Positions 62,125-64,000 of a stretch of 64,000 bases of DNA are shown piece by piece. Origin of the DNA: Desulfosudaceae bacterium (GTDB lineage: Bacteria > Desulfobacterota > Desulfobacteria > Desulfobacterales > Desulfosudaceae); NCBI GenBank assembly GCA_963674745.2, contig CAXXDV010000001.1:576001-640000 (forward strand), given 5' to 3'. Each line of letters opens with the position of its first letter. The stretch's first letter is position 1. Under the pieces are notes generated by a model. That model worked only from the letters and a program-made list of their open reading frames with translations. It had not been told where the DNA came from and ran no database searches. Position numbers and translations under genes: made by a program.

Positions 62125-63432
62125 ATGGGCATGCTGACCGCAACCGTTCTGATTGTTGTTTTTCTCGCCGCTATCCTGATGGGCGCGCCCCTGTTTGCCA
62201 TCATCGGTGGCGGGGCTCTGGTTTTATTCCACCTGGTGGCAGGAGAAAGTCTGGTCGTACCGATTATTGAGATGTGGCGCCTGGCCAACGCGCCGGGGTT
62301 TGTGGCCATCCCCCTGTTTATTTTCGCCGGATATCTGTTTGCCGAAAGCAATGCCTCATCCCGTTTAATCCGGGTATCCGATGCCCTGATCGGATGGCTT
62401 CCCGGCGGCCTGGCCATTGTGACCGTCGTTGTCTGCACGATTTTCACGGCCATCACCGGTGCCAGCGGTATTACCATTATCGCCGTGGGAGGCATTTTAA
62501 TGCCGGCCCTGGTGTCCAACGAATACGGCCAGCGGTTCTCACTCGGCTTGATCACCGCTTCCGGCAGTTCGGGTGTGCTGTTTTTACCCAGCCTGCCCAT
62601 CCTGATTTACGGCATGGTCGCCAATGTCGATATTACCGAGCTGTTTATCGCCGGCATCATTCCCGGACTGCTGATTATCGCCCTGCTGTCCGCTTTTGGC
62701 ATATTCAGCGGCATCAAAAACAAGGTCCCGACCACGCCTTTCTCCATTAAAAATCTGGCCGAAAGCCTCTGGGAGATCAAATGGATTCTGCCCCTGCCGG
62801 TGGTCGTCATCGGCGGTATATACTCCGGCGTCATCACCGTCGGGGAAGCGGCTTCGGTTACGGCGGTCTATGCGCTGACGACAGAGTGCCTGGTTTACCG
62901 GGAAATCCCCCTGGACAAACTGATCCGACTGGCCATCCACAGCATGATCATGGTCAGCTCGATTCTGATTGTCCTGGCCGCGGCCCTCGGGCTGACCAAT
63001 TTCCTGGTCGATGTTCAGGTCCCCCAAAAACTGGTGACCGTCATTACCACGCACATCTCCAGCAAGATCGTTTTTTTACTAATTCTCAACGGTTTCCTGT
63101 TAATTGTCGGCTGCCTGATGGACATTTTTTCCGCGATTATTATCGTCGTCCCCTTGATTGCGCCGGTGGCGACACAGTTCGGCCTGGACCCGGTCCACCT
63201 GGGTATTATCTTTCTGGCCAACCTTGAAATCGGCTACCTGACCCCGCCGGTGGGCGTCAACCTGTTCATTTCCAGCCTGCGCTTCAATACGACGATTATC
63301 AGCTTATACAGAGTGGTCCTGCCTTTTCTGATCCTGCTGGTCATCGCCCTGCTGCTGATCACCTATTTCCCTGATCTGTCCTTATGGCTGGTGGAAGCGT
63401 CAGGCAAACGGGTGCCCGTACTTCAATTTTAA
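62125..63432 (+). CDS. dctM: TRAP transporter large permease
   Basis: AIPLFIFAG, LPGGLA, PSLP, LDPVHLG, GYLTPPVGVNLF. Confidence 0.92.
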   Translation: MGMLTATVLIVVFLAAILMGAPLFAIIGGGALVLFHLVAGESLVVPIIEMWRLANAPGFVAIPLFIFAGYLFAESNASSRLIRVSDALIGWLPGGLAIVTVVVCTIFTAITGASGITIIAVGGILMPALVSNEYGQRFSLGLITASGSSGVLFLPSLPILIYGMVANVDITELFIAGIIPGLLIIALLSAFGIFSGIKNKVPTTPFSIKNLAESLWEIKWILPLPVVVIGGIYSGVITVGEAASVTAVYALTTECLVYREIPLDKLIRLAIHSMIMVSSILIVLAAALGLTNFLVDVQVPQKLVTVITTHISSKIVFLLILNGFLLIVGCLMDIFSAIIIVVPLIAPVATQFGLDPVHLGIIFLANLEIGYLTPPVGVNLFISSLRFNTTIISLYRVVLPFLILLVIALLLITYFPDLSLWLVEASGKRVPVLQF

Positions 63433-63566
63433 AAAGTTCAACGATCGTGTTAGTTTCTAGTTGGAATCCGGCGGGTTAGTCCACAATTTAACCTGATTCT
63501 TTTGACTTTTGCCGGATCTTTCCCTATACTCTCAAAAAAATCATAAAAACGACTCGAGGGGGGGAG

Positions 63567-64000
63567 ATGAACAAACCCAGGTTCATACTCAAGAAGCGAT
63601 CATGGCTGGCCTTATTATTGCTTTGCCTGTTACTGGCACTGTCCGGTTGTTCGACCATACTTCGACTGCAAGCCGATTTTGTGTCCCCTATGATCAGCAG
63701 GCTGGTGGATGAGGCGGCCAATGCCAAAAGCGCCAGGGCGATCAGGGAAGGCATCGCCGGCAACCTGCTGATGGTCAGCGCCTTCGCTGAGATTTCGCCG
63801 AACAACAATATCCTTCTAGAAAAAACCGCCTACTTGTATTGCGCTTATGGTTTGATGGTGGAAGACACGGAACCGGAATTCGCCTCCGAACTATATGCCA
63901 TTGGAAAAGAATACGGAATTCGTGCATTAAAGCAGAAACGATGCTTTAGAAACGGTCTGGGATACGGCGAGCACATTCCAGAGTTAACCGGTTGCCTGGG
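63567..64000 (+). CDS. Lipoprotein, probable TRAP-associated TatT component (partial, runs off window)
   Basis: Manual translation MNKPRFILKKRSWLALLLLCLLLALSGC (lipobox), helical body; GGAG SD; follows dctPQM; absent from the ORF track. Confidence 0.75.
   Translation, partial: MNKPRFILKKRSWLALLLLCLLLALSGCSTILRLQADFVSPMISRLVDEAANAKSARAIREGIAGNLLMVSAFAEISPNNNILLEKTAYLYCAYGLMVEDTEPEFASELYAIGKEYGIRALKQKRCFRNGLGYGEHIPELTGCL

Overview
Mostly core chromosome of an anaerobic deltaproteobacterium. Gene content (Qrc, Rnf, ETF plus membrane Fe-S oxidoreductase, PurD-PurE fusion) points to a Desulfobacterota sulfate reducer (inference). In order, the window holds: two tandem GAF/sigma-54 activators, murA, the qrcABCD operon plus an unlisted 56-aa membrane ORF, two Cys-cluster (YkgJ-like) proteins, an HsdR-N-like/EPEK-repeat/SeqA-like chimera, dgt, a deaminase, a radical SAM-korDABC-hemW run, tRNA-Leu(CAA), tsaC, purDE, ddl, tRNA-Met(CAT), a double zinc-ribbon/DUF3426 protein, a DnaJ-class chaperone, EMO-like/etfBA, two tandem B12-radical SAM paralogues plus a LOG-like gene, asnS, a response regulator, two cupins, metK, mltB, a strongly divergent PncB, rnfCDGEAB, epmA, an HDAC/hydantoinase pair, a CoA-dehydratase activator, dapF, leuCD and a TRAP/TatT transporter. 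No CRISPR array, prophage or transposase is visible. Several non-autonomous palindromic repeats (GTAG-REP and MITE-like) are present. The best leads are the PncB homologue with many substituted active-site residues, the tandem B12-radical SAM pair, the small ORF after qrcD and the HsdR-N/SeqA-like chimera. All calls come from motif recognition by eye; no database searches were run.
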